From the NCBI GenBank assembly GCA_017407515.1, contig JAFQWH010000051.1:1-63486 (forward strand): a DNA stretch of 63,486 nucleotides, in the 5' to 3' direction. Under the pieces are notes generated by a model, which saw nothing but the letters and a program-made list of their open reading frames with translations, was not told the origin of the DNA and did no database searches. A program made the position numbers and the translations under genes. Shown piece by piece: positions 29,979 to 40,800 of this stretch. Origin of the DNA: Clostridia bacterium (lineage in GTDB: Bacteria > Bacillota > Clostridia > UBA1381 > UBA9506). Each line of letters begins with the position of its first letter. The stretch's first letter is position 1.

Positions 29979-30887
29979 TTAATCAACAATAACCTTACCC
30001 ACTAAATCATTTACATCTTCTATATTATATTGTTTCATGTAGGCTTGTATGCCATCGCGAATTTTAGGACAAGCATATGGGTCTGTAAAGTTTGCTGTCC
30101 CGACCATAATTGCATGACTGCCGGCAAGCATAAACTCAACCGCATCGTCCCCGGTAGTAATACCACCCATACCGATAATCGGCAGTTTAGTAGCCTTATG
30201 CACCTGGTAAACCATACGAACAGCAACCGGCTTAACACAAGGACCGGACATACCACCAATCACATTGGCAAGGATCGGCCGACGGGTCTTCACGTCAATC
30301 GCCATGCCGGTTAGGGTGTTAATTAAAGACAATGCGTCCGCACCGCCGGCTTCAGCCGCCTTGGCGGTTTCCGTAATATCCGAAACATTGGGAGAAAGCT
30401 TAACGATTAAGGGGCGTTTAGCATATTTTCTCACAGTCTTGGTAATTTCATACACAGTATCAGGATTTGTTCCAAAAGCTGCCCCGCCAGCTTTCACGTT
30501 GGGACAGGAAATATTCATTTCCAAAAGGTCAACATCAGCATCAGACAGCTTTTCAGCCATTTCACAGTAGTCTTCAAAGGTACTGCCTGCCATGTTGGCA
30601 ATAATTTTACAACGGTACTGTCTCAAAAAGGGAATTTCTTCTTTAATGAAAGCGTCAACCCCCGGATTCTGCAACCCTACGCTGTTTAAAATACCGCCAT
30701 AGGTTTCTGTAATTCTCGTCGGCGGGTTTCCGGCACGGGGAGCTTTCGTTAACCCCTTAACGGAAATGGCTCCGATTTCGCTTAAATCATAAAACTCTGC
30801 ATATTCTCTGCCAAAGCCAAAGGTTCCGGAGGCGGCAATGACGGGGTTTTCCAACTCAATGCCGGCAATGTTTACTTTTAGGTTCAT
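29979..30887 (-). CDS. pyrD: dihydroorotate dehydrogenase B, catalytic subunit
   Basis: Class 1B PyrD motifs (ASGTFGFG, NISCPN, GGI..G.DA.EF). Confidence 0.95.
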   Translation of the reverse strand: MNLKVNIAGIELENPVIAASGTFGFGREYAEFYDLSEIGAISVKGLTKAPRAGNPPTRITETYGGILNSVGLQNPGVDAFIKEEIPFLRQYRCKIIANMAGSTFEDYCEMAEKLSDADVDLLEMNISCPNVKAGGAAFGTNPDTVYEITKTVRKYAKRPLIVKLSPNVSDITETAKAAEAGGADALSLINTLTGMAIDVKTRRPILANVIGGMSGPCVKPVAVRMVYQVHKATKLPIIGMGGITTGDDAVEFMLAGSHAIMVGTANFTDPYACPKIRDGIQAYMKQYNIEDVNDLVGKVIVD

Positions 30888-31651
30888 AACACAACCTCCT
30901 CAGCCCAAAATACCGGGCCGTTCTTACAAACACGCTGGTATTTTCCGGCACCCTCTTCATGGGTTTCGCAGCTGCAAGTCAGGCAAGCACCAATGCCGCA
31001 ACCCATTCTCTCCTCCAGAGAAATCTGGCAGGGAACGCCCACCTCTTTTGCAAAAGCCTGAATGGCACGAAGCATGCCTTTAGGTCCACAAGCATAGATA
31101 ATATCAAACTGTTTTTCAGCAAAATCTTTTTTCAGGCAGTCTAAAGCAAAACCGTTGTTTCCGTAGCTACCGTCATCGGTTGAAACAGAAAGGAACGTTG
31201 CCGCTTTTTTAAACTCTTCTTCCAAGGTAACCAGGCTTTTATTGCGAAAGCCTAGATAAGCAGAAGCAGTCGGCAACTGCTTTGTTAAGTACAGCATGGG
31301 GTAAACGCCGATGCCACCGCCGATTACAGCAGGATTTTTATAGGTCTGGGGTGCCACGGTAAAACCGTTTCCCACAGGGCCTAAAATATCCAACGTCTCG
31401 GTCTGGCTTTGCAGGGCTTTCGTGCCCCGCCCTTTCACTTCATAGATAAAGCAGAGGATGTCACCCTGCACATCGCAAATGCTGATGGGACGACGGAGAG
31501 GCATAGAAATCGGGTCACCGCATTGAATATGCAAGAACTGCCCCGGTTTTGCCTGCTCTGCCAGTTCTTTATTTTGTATTCGGGTTTCAATAATATTCGG
31601 TGCAATCTCTTTCTGAGAAAGAACTTTGCAAGAATGAATCTGATAACTCAT
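30884..31651 (-). CDS. pyrK: dihydroorotate dehydrogenase B, electron-transfer subunit
   Basis: FAD/NAD-binding fold plus a C-terminal 2Fe-2S cysteine cluster (CGIGACLTC...C). 4-nt overlap with pyrD. TAAGGAG RBS precedes ATG 31651. Confidence 0.9.
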   Translation of the reverse strand: MSYQIHSCKVLSQKEIAPNIIETRIQNKELAEQAKPGQFLHIQCGDPISMPLRRPISICDVQGDILCFIYEVKGRGTKALQSQTETLDILGPVGNGFTVAPQTYKNPAVIGGGIGVYPMLYLTKQLPTASAYLGFRNKSLVTLEEEFKKAATFLSVSTDDGSYGNNGFALDCLKKDFAEKQFDIIYACGPKGMLRAIQAFAKEVGVPCQISLEERMGCGIGACLTCSCETHEEGAGKYQRVCKNGPVFWAEEVVL

Positions 31652-31755
31652 CTCTATACTCCTTAGTAGAACTAGTTGTTTAAATATATACAATCATATT
31701 TATTTTACCATATTCCCCTCTTGATTGCAAGGGTTTTCTGGCAGGGCTTAAAAGG

Positions 31756-31791
31756 CACAAAAAAATAGAGCGGTAAAATTACCGCTCTATA
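31756..31791 (-). terminator. rho-independent terminator after the ABC ATPase gene
   Basis: ATAGAGCGGT-AAAATT-ACCGCTCTAT stem, with a T-run on the minus strand. Confidence 0.85.
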
Positions 31792-31800
31792 AAAAATCAT

Positions 31801-32916
31801 TTAGTTTAAGATTGCCTGTTCGGTTTCCTTGTCAAACAGCTGAATCTTGTTGCCGTCGAAAATCAAAGTGATATCGTCGTTAACCTTAGCTGTTGTTCTG
31901 GGATTAACACGAGCAATGAAGGAATTGCCTTCAACAGTTACATACAGATAAGTTTCAGCACCCATCATTTCAGTAACATCAACGTGTGCAGCAACTGCAC
32001 AGTCGGGGCTGATGCCTGCCATAACAGCTTCATCATGAATATTTTCAGGACGAATACCCATAATAACTTTCTTGCCAACGTAGCTTTCGTCTAAAGTTTT
32101 AGCCTTAGCTTCAGGTAACTTAATGCTTGCATTGCCGAATACCAGCTGAATGCCATCATTGTTTGCAGTTTTCTGAATTTCTACTTCAACAAAGTTCATC
32201 GGCGGGCTACCAATAAAGCCGGCAACGAACATGTTGCAGGGTTTTTCATACAGAACCTGGGGAGAATCAATCTGCTGAATGAAACCGTCTTTCATAACAA
32301 CGATTCTGGTACCCATGGTCATAGCTTCTGTCTGGTCATGTGTTACATAAATAAAGGTAGTCTGCAGTCTGTTATGCAGTTTGCTGATCTCAGTTCTCAT
32401 CTGACCTCTCAGCTTAGCATCCAGGTTAGACAGAGGTTCGTCCATCAGGAACACTTTCGGTTCACGCACGATAGCACGACCCAAAGCAACACGCTGTCTC
32501 TGACCACCGGAGAGAGCCTTCGGCTTTCTGTCCAGCAGGTGTTCAATATCAAGGATTCTAGCTGCTTCATGAACACGTCTGTCAATTTCGTCCTTCGGCA
32601 TTTTACGAAGTTTTAAACCGAAAGCCATGTTGTCATAAACTGTCATGTGCGGATATAATGCATAGTTCTGGAAAACCATTGCAATATCTCTGTCCTTAGG
32701 AGCTACCTCATTAACTAACTTATCGCCAATGTAGAGCTCACCTTCGCTGATTTCTTCCAGACCTGCGATCATTCTAAGAGTTGTAGATTTACCGCAACCG
32801 GAAGGACCAACTAAAACGACAAATTCTTTATCCTCAATATCTAAATTGAAGTCACTAACAGCAGTAACTCCGCCGGCATACTTTTTATAGATGCCCTTTA
32901 GATTAAGACTTGCCAT
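31801..32916 (-). CDS. sugar ABC transporter ATP-binding protein (MsmX/MalK/UgpC type)
   Basis: Walker A GPSGCGKST, signature LSGGQRQR, Walker B FLMDEP, and a MalK-like C-terminal regulatory domain. No cognate permease is adjacent. Confidence 0.92.
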   Translation of the reverse strand: MASLNLKGIYKKYAGGVTAVSDFNLDIEDKEFVVLVGPSGCGKSTTLRMIAGLEEISEGELYIGDKLVNEVAPKDRDIAMVFQNYALYPHMTVYDNMAFGLKLRKMPKDEIDRRVHEAARILDIEHLLDRKPKALSGGQRQRVALGRAIVREPKVFLMDEPLSNLDAKLRGQMRTEISKLHNRLQTTFIYVTHDQTEAMTMGTRIVVMKDGFIQQIDSPQVLYEKPCNMFVAGFIGSPPMNFVEVEIQKTANNDGIQLVFGNASIKLPEAKAKTLDESYVGKKVIMGIRPENIHDEAVMAGISPDCAVAAHVDVTEMMGAETYLYVTVEGNSFIARVNPRTTAKVNDDITLIFDGNKIQLFDKETEQAILN

Positions 32917-33057
32917 TGTTTTTTACCTCCTCATGATTACATCATCATATCATATTACGTTACTATGATACCATAATTTTTGTTGAAATGTTAGACCATT
33001 TTTAAACAAAAATTTAATTTTTTATTTAGTAACTTTACACAAAATTCAAAAATAGTT

Positions 33058-34644
33058 TTATTCAGCACGTTCCAGGACGACTCTCAGCATACCATAAATC
33101 ATCTTGGCAGATTCTCCGCGTTTTGCATAATCCCGCGGATTAAAATTACCCTGTTCATCGCCGGAGATAATCCCCAGGGCATGCGCAGATAATACCTGTG
33201 ACCGGGCGTAGTCAGAGACAAAGGAGAAGTCTGCAAAAACTGAATCGTTTGCCGAAGGCAGTGTAAGACCTTTCTTCTGCAACACATCACAGATAATCTT
33301 TGCCATATCCTGACGACGAATCAACTGACCGACACCGAACTCCGTTTCACTGACACCGCTGACAATGCCATACTGCTGGGCTGATGCTACATACGCATAA
33401 TACCAGGCTTCTGCCGGTACATCAGCAAAGCTTGTGGTTGCAGTTTCGTCCACCATGTCAAACAGTTCTACAACCAATTTCACAAATTCTTCTCGGGTAA
33501 TCCAGTCTTCCGGCATGAAGAGTTGTTCAGCTTTTCCGCCTATAATGCCCCGGGCATAAAGTGCTTCAACATAAGGCTGTGCCCAACCGTTACAATCAGC
33601 AAAATAAGGTGTTGTTTCCTTAACAATGTACTGCCCCTTAGAAAGCTCTGCAACTATTTCGTCCTCAAGGAACAATGCCATTTTTACAACCTCTGTCTTA
33701 ACGCCTTTTAACTGATATACTACCGGCTGAGCAAATGTACCGGGAATGGAAATAACACCATCTTGTAATACCTCAAAAGCAAAAACAGCATCAGAATGTT
33801 CTGCAGGCTTTGCGATTTCTTTAAAGGCACCTATCTGTTTCTCCGGTAATGTTTCTACCTCTTTCTCAGAGCCGCCTCCACCATCCACGGAAGGCGTTTC
33901 TCCGGAAGACGACAAAAGTCCGACCCGGCGAAGCAATGATGCAACACTGCTCCGTTCGTTGCCGGAGAGCTGAGTATTAAGCTTAACAACAGTTGTATCC
34001 AGGTATTCCCGAATGTCCAGAAAATCGTCTTCTCCTTGCCAGATGGCATCTAGCGAGGAAGCTAACGCTACCGGATATTTTTGAATAAGAAAGTTTCCAT
34101 CTGTATCCAGTCCAAAGATACCGGAGCCTCCCTGATGCGTTACAAAAGCAGACAAGAAGTTTGCTATCATACCTTCGGAAATCTGATGCGAGCCAAGTGC
34201 CGCCTGCAATCCGGGCTCGTCCTGTTCCAGCAAGTTAACCAACGCAGCAACGCCCTGCTGTTCTGTCGCACTTAAGTTGATAGACTCGCAATTCTGATAA
34301 ATGGACTGGCAAGCCCGACGAAAATCCTCATCAAAAGCATAGAGGCTGTCTATTCCCCTCTGCAGCGTCTGAGCATCTGTATATTGTAACGCTTTCACAA
34401 TGACAGATCCTAAAATGCCGGCATCAGCTCCGCTTTGCTGTTTTGCTAAAGCATCTTCAAGCATCATAAGGCCGGAATTACTGCTGACAAAAGGCAGGGC
34501 CGGAATTAAAACGTCGCGGCTGATTTTCGTTAAAACAGGAACCAGTTTCGGTGACGTTGTCGGTGCTGCACTTACAGAACCAACCGATAAAAGCAGTATA
34601 AGAAGTGCGGCAAACATCGCTGTCAGTCTTTTAGTTAGTTTCAT
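33058..34644 (-). CDS. secreted SLH-domain surface protein
   Basis: Signal peptide, an unknown N-terminal region, a Gly-rich linker, then three C-terminal SLH repeats (FADC..WAQPYVEAL, FADVPAEAWYY, FADFSFVSDYA). Confidence 0.85.
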   Translation of the reverse strand: MKLTKRLTAMFAALLILLLSVGSVSAAPTTSPKLVPVLTKISRDVLIPALPFVSSNSGLMMLEDALAKQQSGADAGILGSVIVKALQYTDAQTLQRGIDSLYAFDEDFRRACQSIYQNCESINLSATEQQGVAALVNLLEQDEPGLQAALGSHQISEGMIANFLSAFVTHQGGSGIFGLDTDGNFLIQKYPVALASSLDAIWQGEDDFLDIREYLDTTVVKLNTQLSGNERSSVASLLRRVGLLSSSGETPSVDGGGGSEKEVETLPEKQIGAFKEIAKPAEHSDAVFAFEVLQDGVISIPGTFAQPVVYQLKGVKTEVVKMALFLEDEIVAELSKGQYIVKETTPYFADCNGWAQPYVEALYARGIIGGKAEQLFMPEDWITREEFVKLVVELFDMVDETATTSFADVPAEAWYYAYVASAQQYGIVSGVSETEFGVGQLIRRQDMAKIICDVLQKKGLTLPSANDSVFADFSFVSDYARSQVLSAHALGIISGDEQGNFNPRDYAKRGESAKMIYGMLRVVLERAE

Positions 34645-34667
34645 GTTTCACCCTCCTAAAACAGTAG

Positions 34668-34726
34668 TAAAAGAAAAGAAGGCAAGGAGAAGCACCAATG
34701 CCGTTGATGCAAACTCTCCTTGCCTT
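34668..34726 (-). terminator. hairpin/terminator between the two SLH genes
   Basis: 12-bp arms AAGGCAAGGAGA/TCTCCTTGCCTT with a 24-nt loop, followed on the minus strand by a T-rich tract. Confidence 0.5.
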
Positions 34727-34739
34727 GCTTCCGTCTATT

Positions 34740-36335
34740 TTACAGCAAACCTGCGTAGTGCATAAAGTTATAAAGAATCTTTGCGGCCTCAGCACGAGTA
34801 ATTGAATTTGCAGGACGGAATGTACCATCGGGGTATCCGTCTACAATAGACATATTCGTTGCTTTCTCCAAGTATTCTCTAGCCCAATCGCCAATGTGTT
34901 CATGGTCTGTGTAGGTCAGTTCTGCTCTCACTAAGTCGCTAGAGAACATTCTCATGATAACTGCTATCATTTCTTCTCTGGTGATAATCCGTTTGGGCTT
35001 GTATTCTCCATCATCATAACCTTCGAAGACGCCCATCTTAACCATCATGTTGACAGAATCAACTGCCCACAGAGAGATATAAGAGCTGTCAGCGAAGCGA
35101 TAATCCTTCACAAATTTTGCCTGGTTTTCAAGACCTAATGCACGGGTCAGAGCCACAGCAATTTCTTCACGGGTAATCCCTATGTCAGGCTTAAAGCTTC
35201 CGTCTGCATAGCCGTTGAAGATGCCACGTTTAGAAAGCTCAGCAATGTAATCCTGTGCCCAGTGGTCTTCTGTATCGGTGTAAATATAAGCTGCCTCTGC
35301 CGCTGCAGGAGCCTGAGGTTCCTCAGAAGTTACCGGCGTAAATTTATCTTGTACACCCGGCTGAGGTTTCAAACCGCCGCCGCCAACAGTAGAAGAACCG
35401 TGTCCGCCACCTTCTTCTTCTGCCTCAAAGGGAACATACAGTGCAATTTCAGGTGCACCTAAAACAGTCTTCATATCCATCTTAACGCTGCTGGGGAAAC
35501 CGTTTAACGCATCAATCATTTCGTCTAAAACTACACCACCGGTAGTAACGCTGTTGCCGTTAATGGAAGTAAAATGCTCAGAAACGCTGGTGTAAAGACC
35601 GGTTTTAAACGCATCAGACGCCGCTTGAACTGCAAAATCTGCTGAGCCTTCTGAAGCGTCTGTTAAAACTAGGCTGCCCTGGAACGCCTTGGACAAACGC
35701 AAAATTGTGTTAGGACCAATACCGTGTGTTGCCAGCTTATCTGTTCCGTCCTCCGCCGGATCTCCTTCATTGCCTACAAAAGCATTATAAACATTTAATA
35801 ATGCAGTCTGGAAAGATGCATTATTATTAACCAAAACTCCGGCTTCTGCCTCTGTTAGCCAGGTGCTGGTTGACGCCTGGTCAACTGTTTCCTGAGCTGC
35901 TCTGAAGTCAGCAATTGCTGCCGCACGTTTTTCCTGAGGCAGGGCTTTAATAACGTCTAAAGAGAACAAAATTGCTTCTTTGTTGGCAACTAAAGTTGTA
36001 CCTAAGTTTGCAATAATGTTGTTTAACGTTGTTTCACCAATTGTACCGCCGGGAACGGTATCTGAGGGGCCGGTCAAGGTTTCAAAAATATCAATTAAAA
36101 TATCAATATTATTATCGTTTTCCAGGTATAACGCTAAAATGTTAAATACCTCAACACGACGCTGCTGTCCCTGATTCGGCGTTCCGCCTTCAGGCATATG
36201 ACGATCCAGCATATCAATTAAAGATGAAATTGTACCGCTGTTAAATGTTGTAGCGGTCGGTGCTGCAAAACAAGTTGTACCTAAACACATAACCAGCATA
36301 ACTGTTGCAAGCAACACGCTTATAAGTTTTTTCAT
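34740..36335 (-). CDS. secreted SLH-domain surface protein (distant paralog of the downstream gene)
   Basis: Signal peptide, unknown N-terminal region, a GGGHGSSTVGGGG linker, and three SLH repeats at the C-terminus. Confidence 0.85.
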   Translation of the reverse strand: MKKLISVLLATVMLVMCLGTTCFAAPTATTFNSGTISSLIDMLDRHMPEGGTPNQGQQRRVEVFNILALYLENDNNIDILIDIFETLTGPSDTVPGGTIGETTLNNIIANLGTTLVANKEAILFSLDVIKALPQEKRAAAIADFRAAQETVDQASTSTWLTEAEAGVLVNNNASFQTALLNVYNAFVGNEGDPAEDGTDKLATHGIGPNTILRLSKAFQGSLVLTDASEGSADFAVQAASDAFKTGLYTSVSEHFTSINGNSVTTGGVVLDEMIDALNGFPSSVKMDMKTVLGAPEIALYVPFEAEEEGGGHGSSTVGGGGLKPQPGVQDKFTPVTSEEPQAPAAAEAAYIYTDTEDHWAQDYIAELSKRGIFNGYADGSFKPDIGITREEIAVALTRALGLENQAKFVKDYRFADSSYISLWAVDSVNMMVKMGVFEGYDDGEYKPKRIITREEMIAVIMRMFSSDLVRAELTYTDHEHIGDWAREYLEKATNMSIVDGYPDGTFRPANSITRAEAAKILYNFMHYAGLL

Positions 36336-36358
36336 ACTGACACTCCCTTTGCTTTTGT

Positions 36359-36907
36359 TTATTGAATTAAATAGATATATTTATCATAATATCCCCAGAT
36401 TTTTTGTTTATTTTCTGAAGATAAACTTTTACTCAGTATTTGGTGGGCCCGCCTGATTTCTTCTTTTGTAATGCCGCCACTAACCATGCCTACAATTTCC
36501 TGATATTCGCCTGTTGACAGGTTGGTGCTCAAAATATTCAGAACAGCCACCTTATCATTAAAAGAAACCTTTTTCTCTAACGCTTTAAATTCTTCCGGCG
36601 TCATATTTTTTATTTTCTCATAAGGAATTTTTTTAAAAATTCCTTCATCACCGGAGAAATCTCCCTCTGCTTGTGCAGATGCACCATTTTGATTCGATTC
36701 TCCCGAGGGTTCTTGCCCCGAAGTATGTTCCGTACCGCCGTTTGCCTGAACAAAATCTTCAGAATCAATCACAGATTGATAAAAAGATTCACTAAACATA
36801 GAAAACGCAGCATTAATCAAAAAATATCCTGCTATTAAAATGCAAATCAGCAAAGCAATAACAATCGAAAGTATAACCAACCATTTTTTCTTCTTTTTCA
36901 TAATCAC
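36359..36907 (-). CDS. membrane-anchored hypothetical protein
   Basis: Lys-rich N-terminus, a single TM helix, and an extracytoplasmic domain of about 140 aa. It is the first gene of the SLH gene string. Confidence 0.65.
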   Translation of the reverse strand: MIMKKKKKWLVILSIVIALLICILIAGYFLINAAFSMFSESFYQSVIDSEDFVQANGGTEHTSGQEPSGESNQNGASAQAEGDFSGDEGIFKKIPYEKIKNMTPEEFKALEKKVSFNDKVAVLNILSTNLSTGEYQEIVGMVSGGITKEEIRRAHQILSKSLSSENKQKIWGYYDKYIYLIQ

Positions 36908-37023
36908 TCCTACGCAAACCGAGTATGTAGCCCTTTTTGCAGACCATTAAAGAGTAATATTATAAATAGTATAACATAGTTTTTATCAAAAATAAAGAGA
37001 AAAAGTAAAAATTTTTATATTCC

Positions 37024-37794
37024 CTAACGTTGTTGCCGCTGACGAACAATTTCATACATCATAATTGCCGCCGCCACTGAGGCGTTTAAGGACTCAATTT
37101 CGCCCAACATAGGAATTTTCACCATAAAATCGCACTTTTCACGAAGCAAGCGGGAAATACCCTTGCCCTCAGAACCTACAACCAAAGCAATAGGGCCGGT
37201 TAAGTCTGATTCAAAAAGGGATTTCTCGCCGGACATATCTGCCCCGGCAAGCCACAAGCCCCGTTCTTTTAAAACATCAATGGTTTGGGAAAGATTGGTC
37301 ACCCGCACCACCGGCGTATAGTGTACAGCACCGGCAGAAGTTTTCGCCGCTACCGCATCCAGCCCGGCAGAACGGTTCTTAGGAACAATCACGCCGTCAG
37401 CACCGGCGGCATTGGCACTTCTGATAATAGCACCTAAATTGTGTGGGTCCGTAATTTCATCGGCAATAATAAAAAAGGGCGGTGTTTGTTTTTTCTCTGC
37501 CTTTAAGAACAAGTCTTCTAAAGCGGCATACTGTACAGCACCGCAAACCGCTACAACGCCCTGGCTTGCCTCTGTTTGGCTGACGCTGTTGATTTTCTGC
37601 GGTTTTACAAACTGCACCGGCACCTGCTTTTCCTTTGCCAGGTCCATCAGCTTTTTAACGCCGCCGGGGCGAACGGTTTCACTAATCCAGATTTTATCAA
37701 TGGGGCGACCCGCAGCTAACGCCTCAAAAACCGAGTTTCTGCCCTCAATCGTCATTTTTTCCGTAGTTTCTCTTTTTTCATAATTCTTTTGCAT
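37024..37794 (-). CDS. rlmB: 23S rRNA (Gm2251) 2'-O-methyltransferase, RlmB/TrmH family
   Basis: SpoU/TrmH motifs (DPHNLGAIIRSA, LVVGSEGKGI, IPM.G.IESLNASVA). AAGGAG RBS precedes ATG 37794. The ORF-track start at 37935 overlaps the upstream gene. Confidence 0.88.
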   Translation of the reverse strand: MQKNYEKRETTEKMTIEGRNSVFEALAAGRPIDKIWISETVRPGGVKKLMDLAKEKQVPVQFVKPQKINSVSQTEASQGVVAVCGAVQYAALEDLFLKAEKKQTPPFFIIADEITDPHNLGAIIRSANAAGADGVIVPKNRSAGLDAVAAKTSAGAVHYTPVVRVTNLSQTIDVLKERGLWLAGADMSGEKSLFESDLTGPIALVVGSEGKGISRLLREKCDFMVKIPMLGEIESLNASVAAAIMMYEIVRQRQQR

Positions 37795-37805
37795 ACAAAC
37801 ACTCC

Positions 37806-40800
37806 TTATCCTAACACCCAACCGGGTATCCACCTGAGCCACATAGCATACCCCGTGGGAATTGCCATGCCGGTCAGCACCGGGTAAAATAGTAAAAATA
37901 AAGCAAAGACCAAAACCGCGTACGCCCACGTCCATCGGGGTGAGACTTTCTCCTGTTCCTGCTCATTCTTAAAATAGAATCCAATCATCAAAACCACAAA
38001 GACCACGCAGGGGAAAAAGTGGTAAATGAACGCCGTTCTCGTCACAAAAATCCAGGGGACATACAGCGAGAAAAAACCAACAACAACAGTTAAAAGACCC
38101 AAATCAAGGTGCTTTCTGTTTTTCCATAGCTGCCACAGGGACCAGAAAACCACAGGAATGGTCAGCCACCAGATTGCAGGATTGCCGAAGCTGGTTATCC
38201 CCATAGAGGTTCCGGGAGGCACAAAGTCACGGTTGGCACTGTACGCATACAAAGGCTTATAGTCCAGAGGCCACTGCCACCAGGCAGAACCATAGGGGTG
38301 AGGAGCTTCTAAATTGGCATGATAGTTATACATAGAGCTTTGATTGGTAAAGAAAAAGGAAAGCCCCGTAGACTCCGACCACATAGCCGGGATATACGCC
38401 AAAAAGTAAATCACCGCCGGCACAAGGACAAAAAAGCCGAAGCCGGCACAGATTGTTTTCATCGCCATAGGCTTAAAGTTCTTAATAACAGCCTCTGCCG
38501 TAGGCATCTCCGGTTCTTTTCTTGCTCTGCGGTATTCCGCATACCGCCTTGCCAGGCTGAAAAAGAACAAAAATGCAAGGCCAAAGCCGGCATAAATCCC
38601 CTGCCATTTCGTTGCCGCACCCAAGCCGAAACAAATCCCCGAAGCAAGAAGCGGCGGCAAGGTTTTTTTAACGCCGGTTTCATAAAAGTTCTTCTCAATA
38701 TAGAGAAACATAAAAAGATACATTCCCATAACAAAAAACGCCGTGTAAGAATCAATGGTAGCGAGACGGGTTTGTGCCAGGTGCATAAAGTCAAAGCTAA
38801 ACACAAAGGCGGCCAAAAAAGCAAAAGACGTTTTTTTCAGCATCTTTTTCCCCATGACATACACAAGGGGCACCATCAGCACCCCACAAAGGGTTCCGAA
38901 AAACCGCCAGCCAAAGGGGGTTACGCCAAACAGCAGCATACCGCAGGCGATAATAGCCTTACCAAGAGGCGGGTGGGTGTTTTCATAGGGGTAGCGGTGG
39001 GTTATAAATTCAAACGCCGTCCTCGGGTGATAAATTTCATCAAAGTAGGCGGTTTCATACCAGGTAAACTCATAGGTCACTTTTTCCGGCTCATCAATGA
39101 GGTTTGTCGCTGTCGGGTTGGTGCTTTCCACAGCCTGAATTGGAAAACGTTCCGACTCTGTTTCCCCGAAGAATGCTGCTTCGTTCAAATAAAATCTGCC
39201 GTCATCACAGGTCAGGCGAACATAGCGAAAATCCTCAGGAAAATCCCGGCAGACGTGCCACATAAACACAGAATCCAGAACAAAGGGCTCCCGAACCATC
39301 TCCCAGGTCTCGCCGTCTACGGAATAATCAATATAAAGGTCTCTCAGAACCTCTAAGTCATCCGAGCGTCTGTCAATCCAGCCGGTGTAAACATACAGTT
39401 GCCTCGCTTTTGACACCTTTCCTAAATCCAGCACAACACTTTCCCCCGGGGTTTCAGCGTAAAAACCGGTTTCCGGAACAGAGTCAGAGCCAAGGCGATA
39501 AAAACCAAAGAGAGCGTAAAACACCGTCAGAAGCACCATGAGCAGGTAATCTAGTCTGACAAGTCGCGTCTGCGGTGCTGGCTTTTGAACAGGAAATATA
39601 TTGTGTTCCATAACTGTTTCTTTCAACCTTTCTTCCTTTTCAAGTTTCTCTTTTTTAAACTGTTGTCTGACAGTATACAGTACCCAGAAAAGAAATAAAA
39701 CTACGTTACAAAATGAAAGCAGCTGAAAGGAAAGATTATCTCCAGAGATAAATGCATTCACCCAGTTAAGCTTCAGCACCCAGGCAGATGCAATAAACAT
39801 AGCCAGAGAAAAACCGCCGTAAAACAGCAAAAGCTTTTTGTCGCCGCTATAAAGGTAGGCAAGTAAAAACAGTAAAAGAGCCGGAGCCAGATACCGTTCG
39901 TGCATACCATGACCCAAAACGTAAATCCCCGTCACGGTCAGAATTCCCAAATTAAATATTTGCTTTCTTTCTCTATCATGGTAAGACACATAGCCCACCG
40001 AGAGGGAAAGAACCACGATAAAAAGAAAGCCCCAGGTTTTATAGGAGAAAAACAAAAGCTTTTCCGAATCTGCCACCCAGTTGCCGCCCAACATTCCGTA
40101 AAGATTGGGAGCGTTCAGCGTTGCATAGGGATACAGAGAAAGGGCGTGTTTATATTTTTCAAGTAAAAGGTCGTGATTGCCGCCGGTTATAGGTAGGGGT
40201 ACGAGCAGAAGTACAGCCAAAACAGCTAAAACAGATAAAATCCCTTGCCAAAGCAGTTTCCTCTTTTCTTCTCCGTCTCGGAAACTGTGGAGACAGTCAA
40301 AGAAAAAGGTAAAACACAAAAGAGGTGCAAACATAACCGTTTGCGGCTTGGTTAAAAACAAAATTGCAAGCAGAGTAAAGCTTCCGGCATACTGTTTTTT
40401 CTGCAACATAATGAGCATAATTGCCGTAAAAAAAGTTACAACGCTGTCAATCTGCCCCCAGATGGTAGAGTTTAACATCTGTGCCGGATTGACGGCACAT
40501 AAAAGAGCCAATACCAGGGCCTTTGTCTGACCAATTCTGTTCTGACCGATTTTATAAACAAAAAACGCCGTTAATCCGTCAAAGAAAATAGGAATACTCC
40601 GAATACAAGCAAGGTACAGGCCGGTATCCGGCGAAATATTTAAAAATTTTAAAAGCTTGCCCAGCGTAAATAAAACATATAAATACACCGGCGGATAATC
40701 TACATACAGCTCCGTGGTGTAATACTCCCGAAGCTGATGGTCTTCTGCGAACGCCGTCCACGCACGAAACAGCCCCGTATCCTGGACGTGGCCACGAGAA

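Noticed and set aside
31652-31800. PyrR-binding attenuator upstream of pyrK
   Set aside because: I looked for the conserved PyrR loop (…UCCAGAGAGGCU…) on the minus strand. Only a weak resemblance was found (CCAGAAAACCC … CAAGAGGGG), which is not convincing.
38319-39356. 345-aa plus-strand ORF, extremely Lys/Arg-rich, inside the GT-C gene
   Set aside because: It is antisense to a well-supported polytopic membrane protein. The complement of Phe/Leu-rich codons gives open Lys/Glu/Arg frames. It has no RBS and no plausible fold.
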